Origin: the human T2T-CHM13v2.0 reference genome, Homo sapiens
Assembly: GCF_009914755.1 (NCBI RefSeq)
Contig: NC_060925.1
Length of the DNA stretch: 64,000 nucleotides
Reading direction: 5' to 3' (one strand)
Shown here: positions 12,623-27,793 of the stretch, piece by piece
How the letters are laid out: each line of letters begins with the position of its first letter
How positions within the stretch are numbered: the first letter of the stretch is position 1
Position numbers and translations under genes: made by a program
Notes under the pieces: model-generated
What the model was told of the DNA's origin: nothing
Seen by the model: the letters and a program-made list of their open reading frames with translations, nothing else
Databases searched by the model: none

Positions 12623-15473
12623 GTATCTCTCCTGTGCTGTCACCCTGCTTTCTCCCTTCTTCAGCTACCTGCCACGCTTTATCATCTTGCTGCATGATCC
12701 AATGTATTTCAGTCTTTGATAATTATATAATGTGCCCCATATCAGCTGTACAAATGTTGGCTTTTCACAGGTATATTACTCTCAGAATAAGCAAATAATT
12801 TACTTTTAATGATTTCTGCTGTTTTTCCATTCATCCAAAAGTACACGAATTTTAATGAAATATCCTCTTAATTGGAAAGTAATTATGTAGTCTCTTTGTT
12901 TCCTGTTGTCATCTCTGTGGATTAAAAAACAACTTGAGTAAAACAGCTATGATATATTCTCGGCAGTTTATCATATCAAAGACTGTATAGTCATAATATA
13001 TGTGCATGAAAAAGTCACTGCTTTCTTATCTTTGTGGTATACTCTTAAATAAAATAGGCTTTATTCTGAAATTTTTAGGAGTCATTTCTAGAATCAGGTT
13101 GATATGGGGATGGGTTACTAAAAATGAAATATGAATATAATTTGACTGTGATATCTGTATATGTTACATACTGTTTTTTATCAAGCTAATAGGAACAGAA
13201 AGCCACTGTTGAGCTCAGAATCCCTGTCCACTCCAGCCGGGTTTTCTCCCTGGTATATCCAAGTAATAGGAAACATGCTGAGGCTGCCATAGTGGTTCTG
13301 TGTGATAGATCAAAATAATAATACCAAATTGCATTTTGTTTTGTTCTCTGAATTTTAGGAGTTCCTTTTGGGGAGATATTACTTTCTAACCTTACTTTTC
13401 AGGGGACCATAACCATGGTAAATCAAACCTTGAAGAACGAATCCATATATTGTGACAAGAAAACAAAAGAACTTTTGTAGTTTCTTAGACTAGAGAGTAT
13501 TAAAAAGGCATGACTTCACTAATTTTGGTTGGCAAGGTCTAGGAAAAAATGACGTCTCACTAGTTAGTATTGGACATTGTTGAACTTGAGAACTTTACAA
13601 GAAAAGGTAGTAGGAAAGTCTGTTTTTAGGTAATAATGGTCTGAAAGTCCCCTTTTAGCCTGTTTAATAGGGGCAGAGAAATAACTGCTGAAATCTATAG
13701 AATTTTTTTAAACTTCAATGTTCAGTTCACCTTTAAGGTATTAGTTAATGTATGAAATGTAATAATTGGTATGTTGCCCAGGACATACATCGCAGTTGGA
13801 AAAGAATAGCTTTTTTTTTTTTCCTTTGGCAGAAAGAGACTACTTCAGGAATATGACTAGGCTAATGATCATTTTGATCCCACTAGACGAGTACAAATAG
13901 TAATAAATAAGGAGTGTTTCAAATTAATAAAAGCATGCCATTAGCAAGTTATGTGTATATGGAGTAAATTTCAGCATGACCTTAATTTCTGACCAGTGTC
14001 ATTTTCAGTATGTCTCAAATGAGCTTCTCTGTTCAGATAAGACTAATAAAACTCTTTAAATTACAAATCAGAAGCTGACTTACACTATGCAAATGAAGCA
14101 AGTTCCCACTTTGTGACAGAGGATTCATTTGTAACTTAGATTAGAGAGAGGCTCCAGTCTGTATTTCTTGGTGACTAATGAATCTGGCCTCTGCAGACCA
14201 ATTTCTGTTCCACTCTAGTTAATGGCTGCCGCAGTATCAGTGTGAGCATTTCGACTATTCTGTCTCCCATTAGAGGGAGAAAAAAAGCCTTTAACGCCAC
14301 TTGGAAGTATCTTCCACCTGCCAGGAAGGTCGTGGTGTCTCACACGGCAGACAGAACGAGGATATTAAGATGGATTAAGCTAATTAATCTTACTCTGACA
14401 GTAGCTTCAAACAACTTTCCCCCCTGTTCATATAGTACCTCACGCTAGCAATTTTTATTGTTGTTCTTTTTGTACAGTGTGTGTTCTTTCTCTTCAGTAA
14501 TTACCAATAGATCAGAACTATGTGTTTATGGGCATAATGACACATTATGACTGGGTGAATGGAATAGAGTAAATAAACTTAGTGATTTCACCTTTCCAAA
14601 GCATAGTCAGTGCGTAGCTACAGAGTGTAGGAGTATAAGATCCTGCCTTCAGTTGATTAACTGAGTTATATTTTATTTAATGTTATTTTGTGTAGCAATA
14701 AATTAAGCCTACATATGTGCATATTTACAACTTGGGTGTTTATGAAGACTTGATTCTACTTTCCTGTTTTCTCTAACTTATCAGTAGAGGCTTTAATTTT
14801 TATTCCTTTCTTTATCCCTTTAAAAGCAGATCATTGTTGATGAATTAAAGTATATGCTCAAGTGTTTTTTAGCTGGACAGAGAATTGGAAGAGTGAAAAT
14901 GTTCACAGATAAATTATGAACTTTAATGCCACCTTGTTTTTTTTTATTTCAAATGATTATAAGTAGACAGTGTCTATAAGGAATAATTTTGGTTACTATT
15001 TTAGTTGAGATTTCAAAAAATAATATAGTTTAATTTTCAAGCATACATATTAATCTATTCCAAAGACATCAGTATTTTTGGTTTAGAATATTCAAGTTTT
15101 GAGATCATAAATAGGATGACTTTAGTAGTTTTGACTCTACCTGTAAGAGTAATGTCTCAGATTAAGAGCTGACACAGGTGGTTGTCAACTATCAACAATT
15201 GAGGTGTGATTAAATAAATAGAAACAATCCACCTTCTACACTTACTGTTTGTAATCAAATAGCAGTCTGTTAATCTTCAGTCAGTCCTGTTTTAAAATGG
15301 TCCAGTTATATTTTAAAATGGACCAGATATATGTTGTCTAGGTGTTCTTCCATCTTGAAGTAAGAGTAAATCATCATGACAGATAAATATTACAATTGTC
15401 ACTCATCAGCTACTGAAAATCACTTTGGTTCTAAAAGCGGTCAAAACTAATGATAGTTTTCTAATGGATACAG

Positions 15474-15657
15474 GCAATTGTTGACACAGTGGACAACCTT
15501 CTGAGACCTGAAGCTTTGGAATCATGGAAACATATGAATTCTTCTGAACAAGCACATACTGCAACAATGTTACTCGATACATTGGAAGAAGGAGCTTTTG
15601 TCCTAGCTGACAATCTTTTAGAACCAACAAGGGTCTCAATGCCCACAGAAAATATTG
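15474..15657 (+). CDS. ADGRL2: GAIN exon (184 nt, phase 0-1)
   Basis: atacag|GCAATTG ... AATATTG|gtaagt; [61 protein letters not shown]. Confidence 0.96.
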
Positions 15658-17013
15658 GTAAGTGAATCTACTGTCAAGTTTAATTTTGATTTAGGATATT
15701 CATATGTAAGAGGATGATGTTTCCATTCTGTATCTGTTATTTCCCAGTGCTGTACTTCTTTTTTTGTCAAATTATTTTTGTCTGTTACCAAGAGAAATTA
15801 TTGACCACACTTACTAAAATTCATGCAAAAGCCAAACTCTATCCTGTGTTTTACAAGTTGGTTTTATGTGTGTGTGTTTTTCCAGTTGAAAAATCATTAA
15901 CAAAAAAGTGTAAGAGTGCCTAAATACCAGAATGTAGATTTTTTAAGTAATGAAAGTACTTGCTATGAAACTGTGGCAAATGCTTAATCGTTTTATATAA
16001 TATGTTCCTAATGAATTTAAATTATTTTATGGAATGCATTCTCAGTCAGATATTTTAGCACACAGAACTTGAGTCAGATGTTTGTATTAAACATAACTGC
16101 CTTCAGGTGAAAATGTGGTCAGTGAATTACATCTCCCACAATGCAGAACATCCGTGCTTCATAGATTGCAGAATAGCTACAGATAGTGTTGAAGCATAAT
16201 TTAGAATTCAAATGCTACCACTGAGAGGTAGGAATTCACTTGTGAAAAATATTTGAAAGAAATACAGTAAAATTTTATTAATTTAGGTTTGAACAATTTA
16301 GAATTGTTAATTATTCAGTGAGGTTGAATTCAGATGAAGTTAACAGTATACCTTAGTTAGTGAAGTAAAAAGCTTCCCAAGCATACATGTAGAAGAACTC
16401 AAAAGGGACACAGACTACTCTTCCACCAGAAGCAGTGCTAACTTCATTAGGGCAGCAGATACTGAATGAAGACTTACTATCTGGAATGCCATATCTTAAT
16501 GCCTAATTATGCCTTATTGTGCCTGCGTAAGTCATGAGACTTTATATAAAAAATGCAGATCAAAGGGGTATATGGAAGAAATGGACATAAATCAAATTAG
16601 CACCTATATTTGAATTCATAATCTTAAATTTATTTTATATAAGTGAATTTTTAAAAAGAAATGAAATATTTTAAAAATAATTTGTTTTTATTTACTTTGA
16701 GGTTTGGGAATGAAAAATCAGTAATTACCGAAGTGGCATATTATGACCTCAATTTGTTTTCTAAATATTCTGAAAATTATTAAAAAAAAAAAACCACTAA
16801 AATTCCCTTCTTATGCCTCTTCAATTGTGCAAGAAAATTTCATGGGCTGGGTTCACATCTATGCTCCCATCAGCCTTACATATATAGAACACACTGTAAT
16901 TATAGATCCAAGATATTTTTATCCCAGTTTGAGATATATTCTGAACAATTAAATGTCCAGGAATACATTTTTTCTAGTACCTATGTTTTTCAGAGTTCTA
17001 AAGGATTATTTTT

Positions 17014-17336
17014 CGCTGGGCACAGTGGCTCATGCCTATAATCCCAGCACTTTGGGAGGCCGAGGCAGGCACATTGCTTGAGCTCTGGAGTTCGAGGCCA
17101 GCCTGGGCAACATGGTGAAACCCAATCTTTACAAAAAATACGCCAAGAAAAAAAAATAGCTGGACATGGTGGCACATGCCTGTAGTCCCAGCTACTGGGG
17201 AGGCTGAGGCGGGAGGATCACCTGAGCCCAGGGAGGGAGAGGTTGCAGTGAGCTGAGATCATGCCACTGCACTCCACCCTGGATGATAGAGTGAGACCCC
17301 ATCTCAAAAAAATAAATAAAATTTAATTAAATGAAA
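17014..17336 (+). mobile_element. Alu, AluJ-like
   Basis: J-type TTGCTTGAG...CCTGGGCAAC; perfect 16-bp TSD CTAAAGGATTATTTTT at 16998-17013 and 17337-17352. Confidence 0.93.
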
Positions 17337-17480
17337 CTAAAGGATTATTTTTAATGTTGATCTTTTTTCATTTTTAATTAAAAAACACTATGGAGAGACT
17401 GGCATCTCTAAAATAATGCTTGGTATTTACTAGTCTAAATGCTGATTACCCAAGAATTATCAATATGAAAGTCATTTTAC

Positions 17481-17871
<391 letters not shown>

Positions 17872-19398
17872 TTACATATTGTAATAATAGTTGTGTCTTT
17901 TTTATTTCCAAGGTATAAACAATTTTGGGGGTGGGGGGAAGGGCCCTGATTTACTGTGAGGGAAACGTTCACCTTTTTCCTAGGACTTGTCTTGTTCTCT
18001 TTTCAGACATGAGGACTAAAATAGCCTATTATTTCTCTATGTTCCCACTCCCTTGAGGACATGGCTATAATGTCTTAGGTTATTAAAACAATTTGATTTT
18101 CCTCCTTAGTGATTTCTTCTTAAATTCTTGGTTTAACTTCATAGCATGATTTACCCTTAATAATACATGACTCCATAAAATGATATAATTTTATCTATTA
18201 TAATTATATCTAATTGTGACATTTAAAAACTTGGAGGTATAATTTAAAATATGCAATAAGAGCACCTGTTTTAAGTGTATAGTTTGATGGAGTATGGCAG
18301 TTGTACACTCTTATGATCATCAGCATGGTGATATTTCTGTGTCCTCAGATGGGCCCTTCATGCTCCTTTGCAGTCATTCTCCTCTGACCCTAGCCCTAAA
18401 AACATCAGAAACCACTGATGTGCTTTTCGTCCATGTAGATTAGTTTTGCTTTTTCTAGATCTTCAGTTGAATGGAATCATATAGTATGTAGTACTCCTTT
18501 TGATCTTGCTGCTTTTATGCAGAGGAATATTTTTTGAAATTTATCCATATACATGGGAGTGTCCATAATTTAATCCTTTTTATTGCTGAGTATTATCCAT
18601 TGTGAAGACATACCACAATTTGTATATCTACTCACTTAGACATATTGAATTTTTTTCCACTTTTTGGCTGCCATTTTTGGCTGCCATTTTTCCAAGTGGT
18701 TGTACCATATTAAACTTGAACTGTAGCATATGAGAGTTCCAGTTGCTCCACATCCTCACCAATATTTAGGATTGGCAGTCATTTTATTTTTAGTGGTTCT
18801 TGGAGGCATCTCATTGTGGATTTATCTTGCATTTCTGTGATTGCTAAGTAACATTTTGCTGATAACCTCCTTTCATGTGTTTATTGTCCATTCAAATATA
18901 CTTTTATGAAGTGTTTGTTCATATCTTTTGCCTATTTTTAATTGGGTTGTTTGTCTCATTAAATGAATTCTAAAGATTCTTTTTATATTATTGTTGTAAG
19001 TCTTTTTGTCAGAAATATGCATTCTGAGTATTTTTCCTCCAGTATGTGACTTTATTTTCTTTATATCTTGGGAAGAGCAGAAGTTTTTAATTTTGATTTT
19101 AAAAATTCACCTTACTGAGCTTTAGCAGCATCTGGCTAATCCTGTTCCACTTAACTCCTCTCACTCTTGTAATATTTTAAAGCAAATTGTAAAATCCTAT
19201 CATGATTACTGTAAGAAACTTTATATGGATATATCCCATACTCTTTAAAAAACCACAATACCATTATCACACTTTAAAAAAATAACAAAACGTTTCAAAA
19301 GATAACAAAGTGTGTTCACATTTTCATAAATTTATTAATACTTTGTTGAAACCAGGATACAAGTCCAAGTAATAAATCTGATAGATATGTCAGTTGAG

Positions 19399-19696
<298 letters not shown>

Positions 19697-20063
19697 AAGT
19701 ATTTTTTCATTAAAAGTTATTTCTCTTTGCATACTAAAAAAAATATTTTTTAAACATTTTTTGTTTTTCTTGAGGAAGTCAGGTGGGTAATTTGTCTTGT
19801 AGACTTTGTTACATTCTTGGTTTGGCTTATTTCATCCACAGTGCATCATTTAACTCTGCCTGGTATGCTGATGGTTAGATTTAGAGGCATGATCATGCTA
19901 GGTTTAACTTTCTGTTTCTTTAATTTAACAAGAACTTTCTGTTGCATCTTATCAACAAGCACATAATCTTTGGTTTTATTTCCTTGTGATTTTCAGATCG
20001 GTTCCATGGTTTAGATGTTATCAGCCTGATCCATCCATTGTAAAATTCCCTTTTATTTATTGT

Positions 20064-20365
20064 CTTTTTTTTTTCTTTTTTCTTTTTTTGAGCCAGAATC
20101 TTCCTCTGTTGCCCAGGCTGGAGTGCAGTGGCATGATCTCGGCTGCAACCTCCGCTTCCTGGGTTCAAGTGATTCTCCTACCTCGGCCTCCCGAGTAGCT
20201 GGGATTATAGGTGCCTGCCATGATGCCCTGCTAATTTTTGTATTTTTAGTAGAGACAGAGTTTCACTATGATGGCCAGGCTGGTCTTGAATTCCTGATCA
20301 GGTGATCCACCTACCTTAGCCTCCCAAAGTGCTGGGATTAAAGGTGTGAGCCACCGCCCCTGGCC
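20064..20365 (-). mobile_element. Alu, AluSx-like
   Basis: Antisense dimer; TSD TTATTTATTGT at 20053 and 20366. Confidence 0.93.
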
Positions 20366-20419
20366 TTATTTATTGTTTTAATGAGCTGAGTGGCCAGCAT
20401 GATTTTTATCATCACTTTA

Positions 20420-20625
20420 GACTTAGACTGTGGTAACAAAAACCCCAAAGTCACAGCTGCTTACAACAACAAAGGTTTACTACTCCTTCCTGCTGCATAA
20501 TTGTTGAGGCTGGACTTCAGCTCTGCTTCCTGTCATCTTCAGTTCTGCTCCGTGTTGTTTTTATTCTGGGACCTAGGCTGATGCCAGCTCCTTCCCATAA
20601 AGGTGCAAGTCTCCTGGCAGAGGTC
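20420..20625. mobile_element. Probable MaLR (MLT1-type) LTR fragment
   Basis: gtaacaaaaaccccaaagtcacagctgcttacaacaacaaaggttta resembles MLT1 ends; recognised by eye only. Confidence 0.45.
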
Positions 20626-21096
20626 ATAGTTCTTCCTCTTTCCTCTCATTACAGCCACTACTTGCTGAAGAATTTGCAAAATAGTAAGATAAATATATTA
20701 AAATTCTGTTTACAGTATTGGCTGAGTGAGGCTCTGAATGGCTCTCCAGTGAACCAAGTGTATTCATGTTCAGAAAATCTATTGAATAAGGCATATATTA
20801 TTTCAAGCATACAGAAAGTAGAGGATAGCATAACATCTGTGTACCACTTACTCAGCTGAGCCACATATTGGTATTTTACCATATTTGCTTCAGATTTTTT
20901 TGGAAAAAGAAAATCATAGATAATGTCGAAGTTCCCAGGATTGCCTCCTTCCTGATTCATATCATGAATGAGGTAGCTGTCATCTTTATTATTTAGCATT
21001 AATAAGCTTAAAAAATTTTGCTTTGTAAGTATGTACAGTGAATACTTTTCAGGTTTTTAACATTAATTTCACACTGTAAATGTAATTGTATAATTT

Positions 21097-21403
<307 letters not shown>

Positions 21404-24400
21404 ATAATTGTATAATTTACCCTTAGCATTTTATTTTTTATATTTACATATGCTGATATGTGTATCTGTAGTTCATTTGATCTGTTTCTAAGAATGTACC
21501 AGAATTAACTGCTGATAGACATTTTAGTGGCTTCTGCTTTTTTCCTGACAGAAGGAAAACTGTAATGAAAGTTTCTGTATGCCTTCTTGCTCCAATGTGT
21601 GCCTTTCTAGACATACATGCGCACATACCTGTGTGTGCCTACACACACATACTCCCTAGAAATAGAATTTTTGAGTGGTAGAGCATACCCACCTTCAGCT
21701 TTACTAAATACTGCCAAATTGCTCTCTACCTTCTTTTACCAATTTAATTTTTCACCAGTAATACCATTACTAGTTTTGCAGACACTTTATTATTGACATA
21801 ACTGTTGTCAATCTAATGAGTTTGAATTGGTTACGTTATTGTTTTAATTTACAATTTCCGTGATTGCTTCATGTTGATTTTTTTAACAGATTTATTACCT
21901 ATGTTAGTTTTCTCTCCTATGAATTTATTGTTTACAACTTTCTCCTGTTTGATTTTTTCTTTATACTTCTATGTATACTGGACACTAATCCTGTAAAGAT
22001 TATATAGTTTACAGATACTTATTCTGTCTGGGCTTTCTCTTTTTATCTTTTTAAAAGGAATCTGTTGTTTTACATAATGAGTCAGATATATCAGTTTATT
22101 CTTTTTAGGGTTGGTACTCTTGGTATCTTGTTTAAGAAATATTTTCCTTTTGGCTTTCTACTTAGGAAAATTTTCTCTACATTGAGTTTATAAGGATCTT
22201 ATACTTCCCTTGTAAATGATAAACCTCTGCCTTTTACAGTTATGTCTTGAATCTACCTGAAATTTATTTTTAATTATGATATCATATGAGAGAGGCAGCT
22301 GATTTGATTTTTCCCCATATGAATAACCAGTTCCTTGTTTACGTTTAGTGCGTAATCCATTTCTCCCCCTAATGATTTGTAATGATATCTTACATGTTAG
22401 CCATGTCTATTATTTGCTGCTTTGGTTTTTTCAGTAATGTTAATATCTGTTGAGTCTTTCAGCCTTGCTCCTTAAGGAACTGCTTTGGCTGCTTTTTGGC
22501 ATGTCTCTTCTATATGAATTTTTAAATCAATGGATCCAGTTCCAGACACAAAAATCTTGTTGGAATTTTTATTAGAATTGGACTGAATTTGTAGATTGAT
22601 TTTGAAAGAGGTGCCAGGGTGAACTGTTGCATTCTCCCAAATAACAGCATTATGTAATTCTTCATTTTTTTCTTAGGTCTTCTTATAAAGTTATATATTT
22701 TTCTTATTTTTAGTGTCTTGCACTTTTTAAAAATCAGATTTGTTCCTAGACAACTTATACTTCTTTTTTTTTATTATAAATAATATCACTTTTAAAATTA
22801 CATATTTTAATTGTTTGTTGTGTGGTGTATAGAAACACGATTGATGTTGCTCATAGCAGCCTTGCTAAATTCTTAGTATTTCTGATAGTTTATCGTTAAC
22901 GTCCCTCGTTATTACTATGTAGTTAATTGTGTTTACTGTGAATAATACTTGTTTTTTCCTTTATACCTTTTATTTGCTTTTCTTGAATTACTGCATTAAG
23001 CTAGGTCTTCTAGTACAATGCTAAATAAAACCTGTGACAGAGATCATTTTGACTTTAAATGGAATGCTTCTAGAGTTTTTCACTATTGTTTGCTATATAT
23101 GTTTTGGATACATAAAGGTTTAGCCTTTATCTGATAAGAAAACTTCTATCTGGTCAAAGAATTTTTCTTTAATTCACATTTTTTGTAAAGATTTTTTTTT
23201 ACATTAAGTGGATGTTGAAATTTGTTTCTGTGAATACTTTTTAAATTTCTCTATTTGATGAATTATATGAATACATTTTCTAATGTATTAATTTCTATAT
23301 GCTTTTTTAACTTAATTTACTAAAAATTTAATTTGTCCAGGATATTATAAAATGTGTGTATATTTTATTAAAGATTTTTTGCATCATTTTAATGACTGAA
23401 AGTATCCTATAATTTTTTGTGAAATGAGTTAGGGATATATCTTTTTCTGTTTTCTGAAACAGAAAATAGAAATCTTATTTAAAATTCAGTATGTATTTAT
23501 CAGTTGAGTTTTTTAATGGTCATAAACTATTAGGGTTTTTAATTTCTTTTAGTCAGTTTTATTTTTCTAGGAAAGTTTCTATTGTCTTTTAAAAATTTAT
23601 TGATATAAATTTATCTATTTGTTGGTACAAAGTTCATTATTGCATTTTCTTATGGAAATATCTTAAGTAGCTTGAAATATCTACTGAGAGCTTTAGTCAT
23701 GATCTTACTACTTTTAATAATTTAAAGTTTTTCTTTACTGTGAACATTATTTTTTAAACTCTAATAAGTAAATTTCTGTTTAATGAAATTAAAGTTTGAT
23801 AAGTAAATATTTGTTTAATGCAATTAACTCTTTGTACATGTATATCTATGTTTGGGATGATTCATGAAAACTCAGAGGATATTCTTCTTTCATCCTGTCT
23901 TGTTTTAAGATATGAAAGCTTCTTTCAATGTGAGGAAGAATCAGTTACTTTAATTAAACTTCTTTCCCTCTTTCCTCCCTGCCGCCCACACAGAGTCTGA
24001 GAACAGTTCATCCATCTACCCAGCAGCTTAATCTTTCCAAACAAGTATCAGTAAAATAAGTGTATCAACCAGTTTCTGCAGCTGATAGAATTTTAGCAGT
24101 TACATGATGCTCATTATAAATTTGTATTTCAGGGTTTGACATGTGGTTTAATTGCTTATAAAAATGTATGAATGTTATTATATTTACACCTAAATATAGA
24201 TGTATTTTACAAAACAGAGTTGCAGAAGATTAAAAAAATTAGTATCCAAGAATTACTGTACAATGGTATGAGATGATTTTTGTAAAAATAAAAAGGGGAT
24301 TGTAGGTGAATAGCTGATAGATGATACAGACATTAGAGACATTAAAGAGAGTGACATTCAGAAAAAAAGTGTGGACTGTATTTTTTGAACTTTTTTAAGA

Positions 24401-24776
24401 ATACAGATTATTTTTAAAATTTCAATATCAGAAATTAATGAATTTTTCATATAATTCCTTAGATTTCATCAATAAAATGTTAATATTGTAATTATTAATA
24501 TAAGATAGTTAACTCCTGTAAAGGCAATGTACTTTTCCATTCCTTTTAAAATCTAAATGAATGTTAATGTAAAATAATTACAATCTGTATTGTGATTCCC
24601 AGCAGACAGTAAACATTTATATTGTTAGTGGTTACTATTAAGTATATTTTTGAAATGAAGTTAGCATTGGCATGTTGATCAGGTAGATGTTCTCAGTGTT
24701 TTGTATTGACGTGTTTTCCTTAAGTGTTTGTCAATTTCGATACTTGGTTTGAATTTTTGAAATTTGGTTTAGATTG

Positions 24777-24995
24777 CAGTGGTTGTCACACTTCTGCTGT
24801 AAAGGTCCAGATAGTATATATTTTAGGCTTTGCAAGCCATGGTGGTCTCTCTCGCAAATATTTAACTGGCATTGTAGCACTGAAGAAGCCATAGGCAATA
24901 TACAAATGAATAAGCATGATTGTGTTCCAATAAAACTTTATTTACAAAAACAAATGGCATGCCAGGCTTGGCCTGCAGGTTCTATTTTGCCCAAT
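24777..24995 (-). mobile_element. MER58A (hAT-Charlie non-autonomous DNA transposon)
   Basis: tgtaaaggtccagatagtatatattttaggctttgc ... tgtgttccaataaaactttatttacaaaaaca is the reverse complement of the MER58A consensus as I recall it; ~220 bp. Confidence 0.85.
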
Positions 24996-25652
24996 TTGAA
25001 TATGTAAAGACTGATGGTTACTAGTGAGAATTAATGGGAAGTTTTAACATAATGACATTTTCATCATAAATATATTCTTGGCTGGGCTCACTATTTTTAG
25101 AAATTAGAAAAAAAAAGTATTACTGCAAACTTGACCTGTGTAATTTTTCATATTAAAGTGGATCATAGATAGAAAGAGTTGTATAGATGCCATAAAGTCA
25201 TTCAAATTTGTACTTCATATTAGTTTTACCACTGCCAAGTAATGGTCATTGAAAAGTTACTTAATATAAAGAGCCAAAAAATATCAGTTTGAAATATTTT
25301 TGTTTAGCTTCATGATTTAAATATAAAACCTTGAAAGTTATGTACTATTAATTCATACACTGTTCATACTTACAGGCTAACAGATTGGTATTAGTTCATG
25401 ACAAAAGAGATAAAAATATGAAGAAGGTGTTAGAATGACAATACAAAATTTTTTTGAGAAGTGAATATTTAAGACTTAAATCATTTGGAGTAATTTGGTT
25501 TTTAGTCCATGATTTTTGTTGAAACCTAACAGTAAAATTTTTTAAGTAGGCAAAAAGAAAACAGTAGTTTCCATACAGTTATCATTTGCCTCCTTAGTTA
25601 ACTCTTAAAGAATCCTTTTTTCCCCACCTCCTTTATCTTTTCCCTCATCCAG

Positions 25653-25778
25653 TCCTGGAAGTTGCCGTACTCAGTACAGAAGGACAGATCCAAGACTTTA
25701 AATTTCCTCTGGGCATCAAAGGAGCAGGCAGCTCAATCCAACTGTCCGCAAATACCGTCAAACAGAACAGCAGGAATG
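25653..25778 (+). CDS. ADGRL2: GAIN subdomain B exon (126 nt, phase 1-1)
   Basis: atccag|TCCTGGAA ... AGGAATG|gtaagg; [41 protein letters not shown]. Confidence 0.95.
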
Positions 25779-25998
25779 GTAAGGTGGAAGTCTTTTAAAA
25801 ATTGACAGTTTTTGTTGTTGTTCAAAAACCTATTAATTCTAAAATGTATTTGAGTCCTTATATAACAAAAAAACGGCTTACCATTTAAAAGCAGATATAA
25901 AACAGTGCCTTAGGACTTCATCATTTTATTCTTATTTTATCTTAGTTTATTAACAAGCATGTTTTTTGTACATCATGTGACTATTTTTACCTTCCTAG

Positions 25999-26204
25999 GG
26001 CTTGCAAAGTTGGTGTTCATCATTTACCGGAGCCTGGGACAGTTCCTTAGTACAGAAAATGCAACCATTAAACTGGGTGCTGATTTTATTGGTCGTAATA
26101 GCACCATTGCAGTGAACTCTCACGTCATTTCAGTTTCAATCAATAAAGAGTCCAGCCGAGTATACCTGACTGATCCTGTGCTTTTTACCCTGCCACACAT
26201 TGAT
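25999..26204 (+). CDS. ADGRL2: GAIN subdomain B exon (206 nt, phase 1-0)
   Basis: cctag|GGCTTGCA ... ATTGAT|gtaagt; [23 protein letters not shown]...VLFTLPHID. Confidence 0.96.
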
Positions 26205-26799
26205 GTAAGTTAATGTATGCTAATGAAGTAATGGAAGGTTATAAAAGCAGAAAGAAAGGAAAGCAAAACTGAGGTGCTGGGGATGGGGAGAGAACTGGGG
26301 AGATGGGAGGGAGGAAAGACAAGACCTTTCCATTTGAATTTTAAATGTTGGACTAGGTCAGAGACACAAGTTTATTTAAGTCTGTGAACATAAAATTAAA
26401 TGAGCTTGGTTCAGTGATTATTAGAACTTAAGTGTATTCTTAATGAAAGCTAATTCAGTAATCAACAGGAAAATGTAAATGACTCTAATTTGTTTTCAAA
26501 TGAAAATTAACCCTTACCTTACTTAGCAGCAGGATAGCTGAGTATTAACTCTTAGGACTCTGCCTTTCTGTGTGGCAAAATTTTTTTCATTAGTTTACTG
26601 ATCACGTTTGACACAGCTGTTACCAAGTATTGTGTTTAAAAAAACAGTTGAGGAGATGTGATTCCTCTGCTGTGCCTTAAAATGCAAGTTGATACTTACG
26701 TAACTACACTGTATTGGAAGATTGTCTACAGAATGTTTGGCTGTTGTGATAAGTAGAGTGAATAAATGCCCACAGATAAAAAAGTGGATCTCCAAATAG

Positions 26800-27154
<355 letters not shown>

Positions 27155-27619
27155 TATTTGATTGACTCTTAAGAGCTTGTAGGTACTAACAATATGATTT
27201 ACATTGCTGCTAGTGTATCTCTTAGAACTAACCAAAAATGGGCCCAAAATAGAACATGGATTTTTAAAACATTTGGTCCGTATAGAATTTTCTCAGAACA
27301 AATTTATGGCTCTAATTTTATCAGAAAGGAAAAAAGATTCTAATGTACCATCAATTGTAAAATCATAAAATGGAAATTGTAATTGTGTAAAATGGGTCTT
27401 GGTAATTTAAAGTACACTTTAGAGTCTTTCGGACTATAAAGCCCCTTTTAAGCTAGATATCTGCCTTGTATAACATAGTCCACAATTTTGCTGATGAAAA
27501 ACTTTATAGTCTGAAACATGCAAAGTTTAATCTAAATTACCTTTTATACATATTAAACAATTGCTGTTGCCATCTTAGAATATAAAATCCTAATTTTATC
27601 TTGTCATTTTATTTCCCAG

Positions 27620-27793
27620 CCTGACAATTATTTCAATGCAAACTGCTCCTTCTGGAACTACTCAGAGAGAACTATGATGGGATATTGGTCTACCCAGGGC
27701 TGCAAGCTGGTTGACACTAATAAAACTCGAACAACGTGTGCATGCAGCCACCTAACCAATTTTGCAATTCTCATGGCCCACAGGGAAATTGCA
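27620..27793 (+). CDS. ADGRL2: GPS autoproteolysis site and tethered agonist exon (174 nt, phase 0-0)
   Basis: cccag|CCTGAC ... ATTGCA|gtaagt; [14 protein letters not shown]...WSTQGC...CACSHL|[13 protein letters not shown]; cleavage between codons 27752-27754 (L) and 27755-27757 (T). Confidence 0.97.

Noticed and set aside
15290-15331. 21-bp imperfect tandem repeat, and a 13-bp duplication at 18661-18686
   Set aside because: Two-copy local duplications without spacers; not CRISPR-like and no sign of function
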